From the IMG/VR virus record IMGVR_UViG_3300028584_000287, positions 422-64,421 of that record: a stretch of DNA of 64,000 bases; one strand, given 5' to 3'. Below, one piece after another: positions 63,634 through 64,000 of this stretch. Source of the DNA: a virus. A program made the position numbers and the translations under genes. The notes below the pieces were generated by a model. It was not told the DNA's origin, made no database searches, and saw nothing but the letters and a program-made list of their open reading frames with translations. The stretch's first letter is position 1, and every line of letters begins with the position of its first letter.

Positions 63634-64000
63634 ATTGCATTACCTTGTAAGTACACAGCAGGAGGGTTTTGGTTGGCAATTTGAGTTAATGCCCCAAATG
63701 TATTGGCAGGTAGTGCTGTGAAGTTTGCTGCATCAGCTCCCTGTTGTAACATTGCTATAGGGTCACCTATACCACCACTACCTAATATTAGACCACTACC
63801 TACAATATATTGTGAACCGTGAGCTAATAGAGATGGTGCACCATTGCTAATTGTTGCAAATAGGTACGCACCTTCCGGTAAATAAAAATCAGTTGTAATT
63901 GATTTAACTCCGACCGATCCTGAATCTACAACACCAAAATCTTGTGCTAATGTGAAATAAGTATCGTATGTTTGTCCATTATCTGGTTGACGTATTAAGT
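63630..64000 (-). CDS. 3' end of a tail fibre / receptor-binding gene (partial)
   Basis: Open from the window edge to a TGA overlapping the chaperone ATG; ...DSGSVGVKSITTDFYLPEGAYLFA...PPAVYLQGNAI; absent from the ORF track. Confidence 0.6.
   Translation of the reverse strand, partial: LIRQPDNGQTYDTYFTLAQDFGVVDSGSVGVKSITTDFYLPEGAYLFATISNGAPSLLAHGSQYIVGSGLILGSGGIGDPIAMLQQGADAANFTALPANTFGALTQIANQNPPAVYLQGNAI

Overview
A 64-kb segment of a lytic N4-like podophage (Schitoviridae) genome. No integrase, CRISPR array or rRNA is visible. Left arm (1-21409, minus strand): late morphogenesis operon with small and large terminase, adaptor, fibre, a tail-tip module with two tandem paralogues, lysis cassette, portal, scaffold-like protein, major capsid and gp55-gp51 equivalents. 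It ends in the 5' end of an ORF that runs off the window and is by synteny the virion RNA polymerase. An AT-rich non-coding junction (21410-22017) probably marks the physical genome end. Plus strand (22018-60982): early genes punctuated by N4-type hairpin promoters and terminators, the gp2-like activator and two-subunit RNAPII, about 35 small hypotheticals, ClpX-like ATPase, dimeric dUTPase, a structured non-coding region with tRNA(CAT), MoxR/VWA, helicase, Pol A, ThyX, nuclease, primase, Sak4-like ATPase, SSB, RuvC, and an anti-defence-like cluster (TerB-like, Acb2 homologue, two-domain neighbour). Right end (60999-64000, minus strand): a second fibre/appendage module. Most notable: (1) an array of three long RNA hairpins at 42414-42903 with a shared, covarying ~21-bp stem and different interiors, directly behind a vRNAP-type hairpin; (2) a CheY-like pseudo-receiver (phosphoacceptor Asp replaced by Ser) overlapping its neighbours inside the lysis cassette; (3) the Acb2-centred cluster. 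All family assignments come from motif recognition and synteny recalled from memory; no database search was run.
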